DNA of 64,000 nucleotides, taken from contig ADNK01000407.1 of NCBI GenBank assembly GCA_000320545.1, positions 1 to 64,000 on the forward strand, given 5' to 3'. Below the pieces are notes generated by a model. That model made no database searches, was not told where the DNA came from, and saw only the letters and a list, made by a program, of their open reading frames with translations. The stretch comes from Bigelowiella natans CCMP2755 (Eukaryota > Protista > Cercozoa). The position numbers were made by a program, and so were the translations under genes. Shown piece after piece: positions 41,041-55,288 of the stretch. Every line of letters starts with the position of its first letter. Position 1 is the stretch's first letter.

Positions 41041-41850
41041 TGTCAGTCACTAAACAACAAAATTTGCACGCATCATCATCCGCACACGCGTGCATCTCTA
41101 GATCTGCATGTCTAGACGTGCTAGCGTGGACCAGATGTGAGTGCAGCAGCAGCAACAACTCATGCACGCATCTAGACATCTTGCTGCGCACAATAGCAAC
41201 TGCTAGACTGGTTCAAAAATTTCGTCATGAAGATTCACTCGCCTCACCGGATGCACAAAATTTCTCTCACAATTGCGCGTAGCGCCTACAAGCAAGCCCG
41301 TGACAGTGTCCAGACCTAGAGACGTCAATCGAAAATGACTGCTTGAAAAGTCCATCACGTCATGCTAGCTAGCTAGCCTAGCACAGCTACAGGCAGCATG
41401 CATCGCATGCGAGCCAAAGCTAGCAAAGCGCGGTGGCAGCCTTTTCATGTTCCGGTTCACCCGTGCATTGATTCTAACATAACAAAGTGTCATTCTTTGG
41501 CAAATTTGAAGCATGTGACTTTGTTGAGCTGTCACCGCACTCTCACACAACCAGACCCAGAAACTAGCAGCCAAGCTAGCTGTCGATCTGACCAGGCGTG
41601 CTAGCGTGCTAGCGTGCTCTGCAACAACACAACGTTCAATGTTTTTGAATGATGTGCTAGGATACTTTTCTCGTCCGCTTCCTCCTTGCAATCGTGCTAT
41701 GTCACTTTCTCACAGCTCCAATCGTTCCACATGCGTCCCCGCCTGCTGTCTAGCTGTTCCCTCATCTCGTCTCATCCCGAGAGTTGCAAATGGTGGTCAC
41801 CCAGCTTCCCGAACATGTTGTAGCTAGAATCACGGGGATGTTTAATGTGC
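41041..41850. other. CTAG-rich, TpA-depleted island 6
   Basis: Hand count for 41041-41820: about 26 TA, about 17 in CTAG, only 2 outside CTA/TAG. Confidence 0.9.
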
Positions 41851-42062
41851 GACATGTTAGTTAGTTTGAATGTAGAAGAAAAAAGGAGATCTGGGAGGGC
41901 AGCAGCAGAGCAACAACAGCATTAGTTAGATCTAGTTGTTATTCTGTTCGCATCCTTAACAACAATAACAACAACAACAACAACACCCGCATTCGCCGGC
42001 TGCGGCTGCAACTCGTCTGCACAGGGCACCGAAGTGCTCCTTCCACTCGGATCGTTTGCCAC

Positions 42063-43669
42063 ATGCACAACAGGGTGGATTCCGAGGCAGTACAGAGGAA
42101 GAGAAGAGATGCAAAACGGGGTTGTGAACATGCATTCGCGTTTCTCGGGGGGACTCAATACAACATGCCCCTTTCTTTTCTTACACGTTCATCAGGCACG
42201 AAGATTTCTTTGGACGGAATCTCGGAGGAGGAGCTCGGGAAAAGAATTTTTCAGGTAATAGCGTGGCATGAAGTGTGTCTATTTGTGCAGCCCTATAATT
42301 AATTTTTGCCAGATGGGTGAGATCGAGCTGAAGACCTCGCAGGAGATACGTCCTGCAATTATGGGAAATAAGTGAGGAACTGTTTATACAACTCAGTCTT
42401 TCACTCTCCCACACATTGATTATGTATTTCAGAAAGGTGTCCATAAAAGTTCGAACCCTAAATTCTGACTTCACATGTCCAATCTGCCTTGGAATCTTAC
42501 GGGATACAATGACGGTTATGGAATGTCTCCACCGCTTTTGTCGGGAGTGCATCGAGCTTTCGATCCGAATGGGGCAAAAACAGTGTCCTGCCTGCCGTAA
42601 GCTTCTTACCCTTCAACATAAAATTTGATGAAAGCCCGACTAATGATAAACATTCTTTCTCTCCTGTATTCCAGGTACAAGAGTTCCGTCTCGAAGGAAT
42701 TTGAGAAAGGACGAGTATTTTGACTCACTAATTGCCAAGATCTATCCCGACCTAGACAAGGTTTATAAACCCGTTTTTAGCGTTTTTAACCCTTGCCATA
42801 AGTCAACTCATCAGATCAGCGAATATAGACGTACCAAAATATGAATGCTGTAGGTATCCGAGGAAGAGGAAAACGAGATTAACCAACTCATATCGGAGCA
42901 CAACACTGGCGCATATATTGAAAGTGTGGAGCAAGGGTCAGCTTCTTTCTACCAACGAATGTAGTTCGACTCCATGTAAATTTACGCACTATACATAGGT
43001 GCAGGACGCAAGATTCTACACGAAGGACACGGGTTGAATTCACTGGGGGCGGAAATTCAAGACATGGTTCCAATAGGAAAGGGAAATCATTCCGAGGACG
43101 TCATGTCGCCAAGCCTAAAGTACCAGTTTGTTTTAATTTACTTCAAATAACTTAGTTCCCTAACGCCATTGTTGTTCAAAGGATATGAGGATTGGATTCC
43201 GCATGCAACCAAATGAAGATGCAAAGTATCCATTACCAAGATTGCAGACTAAGTCGCACAGCATATTCATTATCCTCCTTAATATTCTCATAACATTAAA
43301 CTTTTTTTATTTGCAGGTACTTACGTTGCTTAAGATCGGCCACAATCTCTCAGATGCAGTCTTACCTTAACATCAAATTCGAAAGAAAGGGTCCGTTCGA
43401 AATATCGTTAAGAAAAAATAGAAGGTGACTCCCTGTGATATCTGTTCCAATCAAGAAATTGAAAATCGTGTAATTACTTGTCGATCAGAATAATTTGCCA
43501 AGATCATCAAACGTTGGATGAAATTGCGAAAATGGCTGAAGGGTACACTGTGATTACACTTCATTCCTAAGCATCGAAGGCATAAATTATGTAATTTAGG
43601 GAGGATCTCGTGCTTGAGTACGCTTTACAGCGCAGAGATAGAAGTCAGGAAGGCGTATCGAAGGCATAA
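42063..43669 (+). CDS. RING1: RING1/RNF2-like E3 ubiquitin ligase (PRC1 catalytic-subunit family)
   Basis: C3HC4 CPICLGILRDTMTVMECLHRFCRECIELSIRMGQKQCPACR, then SRRNLRKDEYFDSLIAKIYP; RAWUL-like YLRCLRSATISQMQSYL. Start uncertain. Confidence 0.85.
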
Positions 43670-43749
43670 TAAGGTTAAGAAATGTTCATGTTCTTAATCT
43701 TCGAGCCACATGTTCTGTTGTAATGTAGCAATAAATTGATACGTGATCG

Positions 43750-44700
43750 CATTGGACCCAAAACGTTGGTAGGTGTGTTCGACCGTGTCCTATCGGTACA
43801 TAGTACGTAGCTTGCCCTGGCACGCAGCATGGCGCATGTAGCATCGCATCGGCCAGTTCTAGCTCTGGAGCAACTGCTAGGATTGCAGAAGACTATAGGG
43901 ACTTATAAGACTTCTAGATTTGCACTAATCGACGAGATATCTACGATCGCGATGGCACGGTGCGGGCCACATCTACAGAAAATCACAAAATTTGAGCTTT
44001 TTGATGCGTCTAGCGTGGCCAATTGTTGCCAATGTTGCCATTTTTTTCAATGATTTCATTTCACAACATTGCGCTGCTCAAATGCATGAGCATGAGTGTG
44101 ACAAAATGCAAGTGCAGCGCACGCACAAGCATGCAAGGCTGTGCAATATGCCAAGCTAGACATGCTACACAGCATGAGCGATCGAGCAGCAGAGCTATAT
44201 AGCTAGCTAGCTAGCCTAGTAGCGAGAGCGCAGCTAGCTCTAGCTAGCTAGCTAGTTAGTAGAGCGCTAGAGCGCACGTACCAGCGTAATCTAGCAACAT
44301 ATAACGAACGACATCTAGACATCTAGATGTGCTACTGTATAGTATGGTTAGACGACAAGTATGTACTAGTGTAGATGGAATCAGCTGCACATAGTCAGCT
44401 ACGTACGTACATGTTTGACATTGCCCATCGTAGATTCCTATCCATCATTGCTACTAGTGCATGCAGACTTAACACAATGAGGAGTAGTCTTGAAGTGCAT
44501 GCGCATGAACCGTGCACATCTAGCTCAACAAACCACCATCATGCTAGCTAGCTAGCATGGTAGCATGTCTATGACATGTGTTAATATCTAGACATGTGTG
44601 CTCAGCTCTTCGCAAGTTCATTGTACATCATTTTCATCATTGCTGATCATCTACACATCTACAATTGGTGCAATCAACATAGACTGTCATTACACGTGTT
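43750..44700. other. CTAG-rich island 7
   Basis: (agct/ctag)n runs at 44200-44270, acatctagacatctagatgt at 44311; between convergent RING1 and PSRP4. Confidence 0.85.
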
Positions 44701-44820
44701 GCTTGTAAAGAGGGACAGAATGTGGAAAATGCAGCGTTGGTTCACGTGATTGAGATTTATGAACACTAGAGAATATTTTCTAAGAGTAAATTGCATAGTG
44801 GCATTGCCTCCTCGTTAAAT

Positions 44821-45243
44821 CTACTCGTCCTGCTTAGGAGGTTGGGGATAGAAGACAACATTTGGCTTCCCCTTCCTCTGGCGACAGTTTCCGTAGCTCT
44901 TTGCAAATCTCTTGCCTTTCTTGGTTCTCTTATCACCCCGACCGAATACTGCCACGTCACGCACCATTGCTCCTATAAAAGTTAATTTGGAAATGATACT
45001 AATTCTGCTCTCATATTTTTAAGATGTAAAGCTCTCTACAAACGCACCTCGAACTCCATACATTGGCACCGAGACGCTGTTCCTGCTCGCGACACCCAAT
45101 TCTAGTTCTGATCTTTGCGTCCCAGTGCTCCAAATAGCAGCTACAATTAGAATCACAGCTAGTACTGCAGCTGCAAGGGCAAAGAAGCTCCTATTGGGCT
45201 TCGTCGGGGCATGAAGGGTAGGGGTCGCAGCACCGTACATCAT
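44821..45243 (-). CDS. PSRP4: Plastid 30S ribosomal protein S31 (PSRP4/bTHX) with bipartite leader
   Basis: Removing intron 44973-45047 gives ...VAVFGRGDKRTKKGKRFAKSYGNCRQRKGK...*, the Thx motif; N-terminal FFALAAAVLAVILIVAAIW followed by an S/R-rich segment. Confidence 0.88.
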
Positions 45244-45847
45244 TTTGTGACGAGAGGGAAAGGAGCCGGGGTCGTCAACCGGGTATTGGCAGGGGAAACC
45301 GGAAGTACAATGTTTCATCTCCTCAAAACTCTCGAAGATCTGGGCCTTTGCGGCAATAACGTAGGGTCAAGCGCGTGACTTCTTTGAACATACATGGCCT
45401 TTTTGGAAAGTCTTTGTAAATTCTGAGGCGTTTTGCTACAAATTTCTGATATCTGAATCTCCAGGAATCTCCACACGTGATTAAGATCTTTCTCGGCACA
45501 GCATCAAGAAAATCAGAAAAGGCATCGTTTTAAAGAAAAGCGACAAGCATATGTGATTATATTCCAAAACCCAGTTGCCCTCATCTATCTGCAGTTACGA
45601 ATTCGGGAAACGGTCAGGCCCGAGGGGGGGTGAATGGAGATGCGTTGAGGATACCGTTGTCCGCACTTCACGGGGATTGTTCAGTATATATCTAGAAAGT
45701 TTCGCAAAGCGGTTGCAGAGGCAAGAGTGAGTAATTTTAGACGTTCGACAACTTCATGTTCGCCAACACTGCACTAACTTTTAATTCTCCTATCTTCGAG
45801 ATGTTTTCATTATCGCTTAATTGATTTTGAACCTCATGTACATTAGA

Positions 45848-48776
45848 TGGAAACACCTGCGGGGGAGCGCAAAATTTTCAAGCAATCGAAAAAGCGAATT
45901 CGAAATGGATCGCTATCTCGTCCAGTACGTACCTAGACGCAAACATTCCCTCATCAATTTAATGTAATAACGCCATGTGCTAATCCGCAAAGAAAAAATT
46001 GGAAGACCGGAAAAGGAGCTTCAGGAACAGCCGTGACAATAAAAATGCGAAAAGCATGGTTCGGTTAACGACCTTCTTTACAAGTGACCGAAAGGATCGC
46101 GTCAAAGTAATTGCATCCATAAATTGTCATATAACAGGATTTAACTGTATTATTTCTTTGCAGCAAACCTCTACAAACAAAACGTATATGATAAGGAGCA
46201 TGCATTCATTATTCCGGGAACTGGCATCCACTTCATATTATACTGCAGTCCTGGGTGCCTTAGGGATTTTACTCTTCATTATACAGAGAGAACTTGAATG
46301 GTAATGATAAATACTGAATAAAAAATGAAAGTTTACTATCTAAAAGGAATGCTGCACTAATGGATTAGGTCTGGATCCAAAACTGCAGGGAACGTGTTGA
46401 GAATTATGAATGTTATCTCGACAATAATTCTGATGCGGTTCATTTATTACTACTACGTTACGGTATTTTTAAAAAAAAATAGCTAAGGAGGTTAGTCCTG
46501 ATGAGATATTCTTGTTGTGTTGCAGGTTCATAGAATGGATAAAATTCACATGAAATTACTTGTTGATACTTCATTTCTAATGACCCCAAATTTGAAGACG
46601 TTCTTGCTAGAGGTGGACATTTTTTCACGTAGTCCCAGGATATGTATGTAATGTCCGAAGTAATTTCGAGGCTGGATCTAATTGAAGAGTTCATGAAAAG
46701 TTGTACTCACAACTCTTATTTAAAATATGGCAGATGATAATATGTATGGCGATCGATTATCCATACCTGGACTACCAGTAAGAATTTGCAATATCACATG
46801 CACAAAAGTGTTTTTTTCAAGATTTGATTTTTGTATCTAGTGTGGACTCGAAAGTGAGTTTCACGAACTCTGGAAATGGGACGTATGATCAAGAAGAATC
46901 CGTCAGAATTAGTCAGTTCATGTCCTTATTCATCTTCTGCCGGTAACACCAAAATAAAGATTTATATCGAGAAGAAATAGATGTGAATTAGCGCAGTAAG
47001 CGCACACGTACATGCTGAACAATAGGATTGATTGTTAGGGTCTATCTTATCGCCCGGTACGTCATGGTGCAAACTTTTCCGCCGTCTCTAAGAATCTTTG
47101 GAAGATCCACGGGAGTTGAGTTCAAGGCTACGTTTGCTTTCAAAGAGATTTTCCACCGTTATCCGGTATGCGAACCTTAAGGTACTAGCAAATTCGATTG
47201 ATATTTAATTCTCTCTCACGATTATAGGGGACAACTCTTGCGGCCCTATCAATTACCACCTTCATGGCTTTGAGCTACTGCTTGTATCTCGTGGAAAGGG
47301 GCTATAACAATGGGATTGACACATACACCACCGCAATGTACGTTTAATTTAGTTCAAAAAACTCTCAAAATGCTTATAAACTCAATTTGATAGGTATTTC
47401 GCTATGATTACCGGCTACACGGTACTTTAACCTAACGTAGATTACTTCTCATGAAGTGCAATAATTAGTCGCATTGTATTGTATTAGGTTGGGTACGGAG
47501 AAATTTTCCCGGTCACAGCAGCAGGAAGATGGGTTGGACAAACGTGAAGTTTGGTTGAACATTGTTTTCTTATTGATTTCTCGAAATCTTAGGTTACCAT
47601 TGTCATTGTCATCGGATTTACCGTGATCAATGCTGTTTTGGTGGCTACGATCGTGGAGTCATTACATTTTACAACCGTCGAGGCGAAGGTATTGATCTTC
47701 AAATGAATTTGGTGGGAGGGGTATTGAGTTAAAACCCATTTTGGCAGATGTCTCGATATGTTCTCTTGCAAAATCTTGAGAAAGAGATGAAGCACCACGC
47801 CGCTTGCGTGCTCCAAAGCGCGTTCAGGATATATCGGTGTCGAAAGCACAATCTTACGTGCACTTCATCTGGAAATCTTTGGTTAATCAATCTCAAGTTC
47901 TTCTGGGCGGTAACAAGATTTTTTTATCAATAATGAGTTTGTGTGCTAATCGGTATTGTTTTTTAATTTTAAGGGGTGCAACTTCCAACGTTTGCGGAAG
48001 CAGCTAGTGTTCGAGAGGAAATTTTATAACAAATCGGTAATCGGCATCACCATTCTGGATTCTGGCACCGGGCCCTCATAATGGTTTTTCTCATTTCAGG
48101 ATCTGAATCAGATGTATATAATGCTGCAAAACGTGCTCAAGGACCATAATAATGTAGTTACTTGTTTAATATTCAAAAAAGAGACATAGTTATCTAATCG
48201 TGGTAAACACTTTGAAGTTCTGCTACATAATTCGATGCAGATGATTTGGGGTCTTCATGTAAACAAATGAGCTTAAAGTGGATATTAAAATAATAGGTAA
48301 TGTCAGCGAATGCGAAGCATACCAAGACGAGGTCAAAGCTTCCCCAGGACGTCTCAAATTCTCCTCAGTTTATGGCTCGGTCTCCGCGAAGTGCTCTCAG
48401 TGTAGATAAAGAGATGAAGTCGTTTTCCACGCTTCCGGGACAAGCAAATACTTCAGAAAACAAGTCATTACTTACGCGCGCAGCTTCTCTTTCTACAGAT
48501 ATTGGAGAAGGGAAACGATTCCACTTTCTAGATGACGATATTACTAAAAAGAAAGAGAAGAAAAAAGTAAACTCAGATTCGTCACTGATCCACGCCTCAG
48601 TTCCCGGATCGCCTTCGGGAGAAAATGGCACTAGTCTTAAATTTTGGGATGATGGGCGGAAAAAGCCCGATAACAGGGTCAAGGAAATTAATGAAATGAT
48701 GCAGAAAATGAGAGAAAGGATTGATGCTGAGTTTGCACAGCTGAGAGTAATGATTCAGGAGAAGCTGAATGATTAG
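45848..48776 (+). CDS. Small-conductance Ca-activated (SK/KCNN-like) potassium channel
   Basis: S4-like RVYLIARYV, FKATFAFKEIFHRYPG, pore ITGYTVGYGEIFPVTAAGR, post-S6 HHAACVLQSAFRIYR (calmodulin-binding-like), C-terminal coiled coil. Start uncertain. Confidence 0.82.
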
Positions 48777-48899
48777 GATTCTCTCATGCAAGAGGGATCG
48801 TGGATATCCTTGTACTGACGAATCGTTTTCCACCACAAACCTTAGTCGGCGCATGTTCAATTAATATGTAAGCGAATAGAACTTACTATTAAAATGTCC

Positions 48900-49500
48900 C
48901 CTGTACTTTGCGAAGCTGGATGCAATCGGCGAGACGTGGCAAGCTGCTAGCTCTAGTAGCTAACACAATTACAAGTACGTGACATTCATGTCGAATCGCA
49001 TCTGCATGACGACGTCCGTGCTAGCAGTGCTAGCGTGATGCGCGCGCGCATTTCACTGTCGTCTAGCTGTGTCATGGCACACTTAGCTTAGATGCACGAC
49101 GTGTCATAGACATGACATGTTTGCAGTAGTGGGTGCGATGCTAAAGGTGCTGCATGCGTTTTAGCAGGTTTCCTAGCTCGATCGATCATGGAATGCACAT
49201 GGCCAGCTAGCTACTAGCTGCTAGCTAGTACAATTAACATTCATGCGTGCGCGTGCATGTCATGGCTAGCATGTCCAATATATAAGTATTCCACGCAGCA
49301 TTATACACGATATACCACAGCATACTAGCATCACTACTAGCTAGCTCGCTCATCATTTGACTGGGCATAATAAGCATATAGCGCGCGCGCTTACAAATAG
49401 CATCGGTAAATGATGTAAAAGTCATTTACGCGTTAAAACTTACATTAATCATTAATTGCTTAACATTATTGACGGACTAGCTACGCTACAGCAGCAGGAA
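48900..49500. other. CTAG-rich island 8
   Basis: ctag, catg and gcgcgc clusters between convergent gene ends (48776 + / 49525 -). Confidence 0.8.
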
Positions 49501-49524
49501 ACCAAGTCTTCGATTGCTCTGAGC

Positions 49525-50088
49525 TCAGCTAAAAGACAAGCCAAACTCTTCGATCGAGGCAGAAAAATTGAACTTGTTCGCAGCTGCTTTGAGCCCCATC
49601 TCTAAAGCCCGTCGCAAACGTCGTACGGGCGGGATCATTCTTGTGGACATAGATTGGGCGGGTGCAGCAGCTGCTTTGACGTTTTGTTGTCGATGCAGCA
49701 GCGTTATTCCGCTTTTATTTGTTTCACCAACTTTGCCACTGCTGACAGAAACCCTACTTGTACTGTCACTCTTACCGCCGCTGTTGCTGCTACTTCTGCC
49801 TGACCCTACATTTGTTTCCTCCCCCCCTGTATTTGCTTTATTTTTCGACTCAACGCAATGCACGCCTACAACAGCCTGCCTGGCCTCATCTACCTCATCT
49901 GCACCTTCCCCCTTTTGAGGGTGGCAGTGACGGTTTAAAGCAACTGAAGCATTTGCAAATCGAAAGTAAACTTTGAGCTTGCAACACTGATGCTTCTGCC
50001 CTTCTCCCAATCTTAAAATATGCTTCCTGCCTTCTTGCCCTTCCTCTCCTACTTCAAGAGTATGGACGTCGCCATCTTCAGATGCAGT

Positions 50089-50119
<31 letters not shown>

Positions 50120-52961
50120 ACATCAGCAGGAGGAGGTTGAGTGGGAGGAGAAACGGAGGAGAAAGAAGCAGCAGCAGCTGCTGGAGAAGCAATAGGAACA
50201 GCTGCGGCTGCTGGTGATGGTACTGGCGAGCGAAGGGAGACATTGTGCGCTCTACCTCCACCATTACATGATCGCGTCTCGCCATTATTTTCATTTGCGT
50301 TGTTTCGACTCGCGTGTTTTCCCGCTCGTCCGTTTGCTTTATCACCTCCTACTGCTTTTCCTCCTCCTCCTCCTCCTCCTCCTCCTCCTCCTCCTCCTCC
50401 TCCTTTTGTTGCCCCTTCTCCTCCCTCATCAGGTTCATGCCGTTGCTTTTTGTTGGAAACACAAACACCATTATCATCACCAGAGCTGCTTTGGTAATGG
50501 GCCGCAGCAGTTTCTCGTTTCCATTTCAGGTTTCTTGCACGTTTCTTACTGACAGCACTGCCCTTCTTCGTCCCAGCTGCACTGCATTGGGGGGGGGGGG
50601 GGGGGTTCTGTTGGTGTCCACGGAGGAAATTCATGGTATGTTGGCTAAGGTGAAGAAGATCTAAACTGTCCGCGTGTATTGACCTAGCGCACTCATGAAG
50701 GGTAGGCTCGCACAACCGCGTAAAAGTGAGAGGGGGGAGAGCAATGCAGATAGTGGCTATCACCGCCAACTTGAGTTCGTTATCTTCCCTCTCTTCTTCT
50801 TCTTCTTCTTCCCACTCTCGTCGTTGTCGCCCATCCCTCAATCCGTCTTCTTTCACTTCCTCACGCAGATCCCCCGGCAAAGAGCATACTGCTGCTCCGC
50901 CATTTGGGTTATGATTCTGACGATGTGTATGGACTAGTGGGTGATATGAAGGGAACGAAGTCAGGTGTTTCATCCTACTACCACAGCTTTTACCATCGTT
51001 GCCCCCTAGCTGATCGATAGCAGCTGGAGGCGGAAGTGGAGGAGGAGGAGGGTATGCAGCCATATGGTGGATCGTTTGACCAATATCACGCTTCCTATTT
51101 GAGCTGCTGAGCTGCGGGGAAGTAATCGTCGATGGGGAACCATATCGAGCACCACAGTAATACGCAGAGAGGTCGGTGGTGGGAGAGATTGAGGATGAGG
51201 AAAGGGGAGGTTGGAAATCGCGGTGTTGTTGGTGTTGATGTTGTTGTTGTTGTCGTCGTAGATTGTGCTGCTGTTGTTGGTGGTGCGAAGTAGTAGCAAT
51301 GTCAAAGCTAAGGCTACGCTTCATGCTTACAGTCGGTGGTTTCCACTCTTCATCACGCTGCTGCTGCTGCTGCTGCTGCCAATAAAATGGTATTCGGTAC
51401 GGATAATAAAACTGTAGACCAGGATGAAAGCAAGGGTTCTGATGCTGTCTTTGGTGGGGTCTATCACTTGGGAGGAGGGGAAGAGGAGGAGCCTGAGAAT
51501 GCGGATTGGGTTGGTTGTAGAAGTCGTAGTTGCCCTCTGGATGATGACGACGATGATGATGATGGTGATGAGGTCCCTGGCCTCCTCCTCCTCCTCCTCC
51601 TCCTCCTCCTCCTCCTCCTCCCTCCTTCTGTGAAAGAGTTTTCTGAACTAAAAGATGCTGGTTCTGAGGGGGAAGATGATGTCCAGGGATTATTGGTCTT
51701 TGGTGCCTTCCGCAGTGCAGCTGTTGAGTCTGCCGATTACGATGGATATTGATAGTTATGTCTCCATCCGCTATCGTCGCTCTCGCTTCCAAATTCGAGT
51801 TGGCTAGGAGATCTTCATCATCATCATCATCACCACCACCACCGCTATTCTCATCGTAGTCATCTACATCATCATCGTCGTCGTCGTCGTCGTCGTTTTC
51901 ATCGTCTTCATCGTCTTCCAGATCCTTCTGTTTGGATACGCAATTTTTGGATTCAATTCTTTGGTGTCCATTTGCGCGAAGAGGATGAAGAGAAAGGTAG
52001 ATTTCAAGCAGACAGGAAGAGAGGAGTTGGAGAGAGGAAAATACGAAAAAGGCATAAAGAGGAGGAAAGAGAAGTCATGCAAGAGAAGAAATATACGTAA
52101 AGACGATGTAGATTCCCATTATCTTATATTGCCCCTTGCAACCATTTCTTCTATTTCTTTTCCTGCTGCTGCTACGACAAACCTGTGCTAACTCAGCCAG
52201 TGCTGATGCAGCAGCGATACCCTCTTCCATGCCACGGCGCCCTTTCTTCTTCTTCTTCTTCTTTATTTTATTTCCTTTCTTCTTCTTCCCAGGCGACAAT
52301 TGCTTATTGCCATCACTTTTCTTCATCTTTCTTGGCTCCTCCTTCCCCCCCCCCCTCCTCCTCTTCTTCACTCTCGTGATCCCCCCCCCATAAATCGGCA
52401 GTGAAGAAGAGGAGTGGGAGCGAGAAAGATGAGGGTAGCTATGGTGGTAGGTATGGAGCTGCTGCTGCTGCTGCTGCCGCATATTGCACTTCTCAGTCAA
52501 GGACGGCGACGAATGACGGTGACGATGACGACGATCGTGGTGGTGCAAAAGGATAGTGTCATGCGAACGACTCGGGGGCAGCCGTGATAACGAAGATGAT
52601 GACAACTTGATGATGGTACTTTTTCTATTAAAAGAGGCAGCTGCGGCAGCAGCAGCGGCATTAGCCTTACTCAAACGACGAGCGTGGACCCAGCCGTCAG
52701 CCATTTCTTCTTCTTCTACATGGGGTGGGGTTATTCAATGATTTCATCATACTTGAAACATAGCGTGAAAAGAAGAGAATAGATCTAGGCTTTAGCAGGA
52801 TTACGCTGGCTTTTAATATTGCTGATCGACTCTCTCGATGTGTTGTTTGATTCCCTTTTTTGGCACTCCAATGCTGTTCAGCAACTAAGTAACGAACAGA
52901 AGATGGACTCCCCCACAACTTGACCATCATCACTGTAGACTTCATCAACCATCCATTTTGG

Positions 52962-53006
<45 letters not shown>

Positions 53007-53670
53007 TAAATGTATCATAGAGCACCATACCTGGCGGGGGCCGCAAATCACTCCGAGGTGGCATCTTAGATGCCAAACCGCTCTCGATTTGCAATGCGCG
53101 AGCACCGTTGTTGTTACTGTTGTTGTTATCCCAATGGCCTGCTTCGGCGCTATTGCTATCTCTCCTGTGTATGTTTGAATGATTGATCAGTCTTCCCTCC
53201 AACACACATTGCAACTGCTGCTGCTGCTTGCTGCATTACAAATGCCACCACATCATCAGAGGATATACAGCAAAGCACAACAAGCAAGCATATCATAAAC
53301 TATGGATCCTCCTTACCCTTCCAAACGGGTAGCGGTGGTAAAGACGACGCGAGATGAAGGAGGAGGAGGAGGAGGAGGAGGAGGAGGAGGAGGAGAGGGG
53401 GTAGGCTGCTCTTGTTCTATTGTTCCCAGCCATTCTGTTTTGACTTCTCCGCTATCATATACATGTGCCGGTACTCCTGCTGCTCCTGCTCCTCCTGCTA
53501 CTGCTATCGTTGAGGGGGTGGCAGCAGCAGCAGCAGCAGCATTTGAAATAGACGTAGAAGACTTGACAATAAAAGGGTTGGAGCTTCTGCTGCTTCTGCT
53601 GCTGCTGCTGCGGAGGTATCTTTCGTGCTGCTGCTGCTGCTGCTGATGCGTCCTAGATGATGATGATGAA

Positions 53671-53702
<32 letters not shown>

Positions 53703-54728
53703 AGGTGGAACATCCTTCAGAGGCTCATGCTGCTGCCGTCGTCTGTATCTGAAGGAGGATTGGGGGGGGGGGGGAGGGGGTTGGATGAAGGGAAACGAAC
53801 AATATATGTAACAGAGAGGGAGAGAGATAGAAAGAAACACAGATTCGTGAAAACAAAGCGTGTACTGTTAAGCGCGCGTTCACAAAGATACCAATACTGC
53901 TTTCGAAAGGTTTTTTGTGCATATTTTCCATCGACACCATAACGACGGTGCGATATGATGACCAATCTTCGTTTCACTTACTGATGTCGCGAGCCACTAG
54001 ACTCCACACAGCTGCTAGTTGTTGTGGATGCTGTTGCAGCAGCGTAAGCGAAATTCCGTTGGTAGTGGTGGTGGTGGTGGTGCTGCTGCTGAAGATGACT
54101 ACTTAAGTGAGGATAATTGCTATAATTCTGCTCCTCGTTGGAGGATGGAGGATGAACAATGCTATTTTTGCCCATCTGGCGACGATGCTGCGAAGCAGCA
54201 TCAACAAAATTGGTAAAACTATTTTCGTTTCTTGGTGCTGCCGCATGACGGATGGAGGCATCATGGTGCTGGTACTGTCTACAGCCACTACTACTCATTA
54301 GAAAAGAAGAAGAAGATGATGATGATGACGACGATGATGATGCTGAAGGCGCAGCGGCAGGTGTGATGTAGGACGATGATGGCTTACTACTAATCTCAGC
54401 TGCCATTTGGTTATTGTTGCTAGCAGTAGTCCGAGGAGGAGATAACAATGATGACGACGGCGACGACGATGATGATGCTATCGTCCCCTGCTTGCGCGAG
54501 GTAGTGCTATTTGCGTTGAGGCTACTACTACTATTCGTGGCCTGGAGGAGTCCTTTTTGTTTGAGGTAGTAGTGGGAGTTCTGAATGATCGCTGCCACTT
54601 GGTCCACCTCGCGTCTTAACGTGACAAGATCGTCCTCCGCACCATCATACCTTAGCAGCAGCCATAATAGCAACAACAGCAATAGCGATGGTGACGATAA
54701 AGAGCATGGTGGTGGTGTGATCATGATG

Positions 54729-54763
<35 letters not shown>

Positions 54764-55246
54764 CATTCCTGCGTCTGCCGTAGAATGAAAACATCAGCGT
54801 TCTGTACATCTCTCATGGAGAGCGGCATGGCGCGCCCCGAGTTTAGGATAGCTCCCGTCGCGTCGTTGTCGCCAGCTCCATTGCCTCCTTTGCCGCCATG
54901 CTTTCCTTGCGTCTTACGGATTCGTTTGGCCGATTTCAGGACTTTTATCAACCTGGAGATAGTGTTGTTTTTGCTGGTGGGATAAATAGAGAAGAGAGAA
55001 GACTATTATAGGACGAGGAGGAGGAGGGAGAGGAGGAGGAAGGGGGGGGGGAGGAGGAGGAATAGCAACAATATATTGTTTCAACGTCTCCTTCCTAGCT
55101 GGGATGTGACCTTCCGAGGCTGCTGGTATTCTCCATCCGCGCACAGGAGTTGAGCAGGTGCTTCACCAGCGACGCCTTGTCGATGCATTGCTTGCCGTTG
55201 TTGTAGCGGAGAAACCTTACTCTAGTTCCACATCTAATATTGGGGG

Positions 55247-55288
<42 letters not shown>

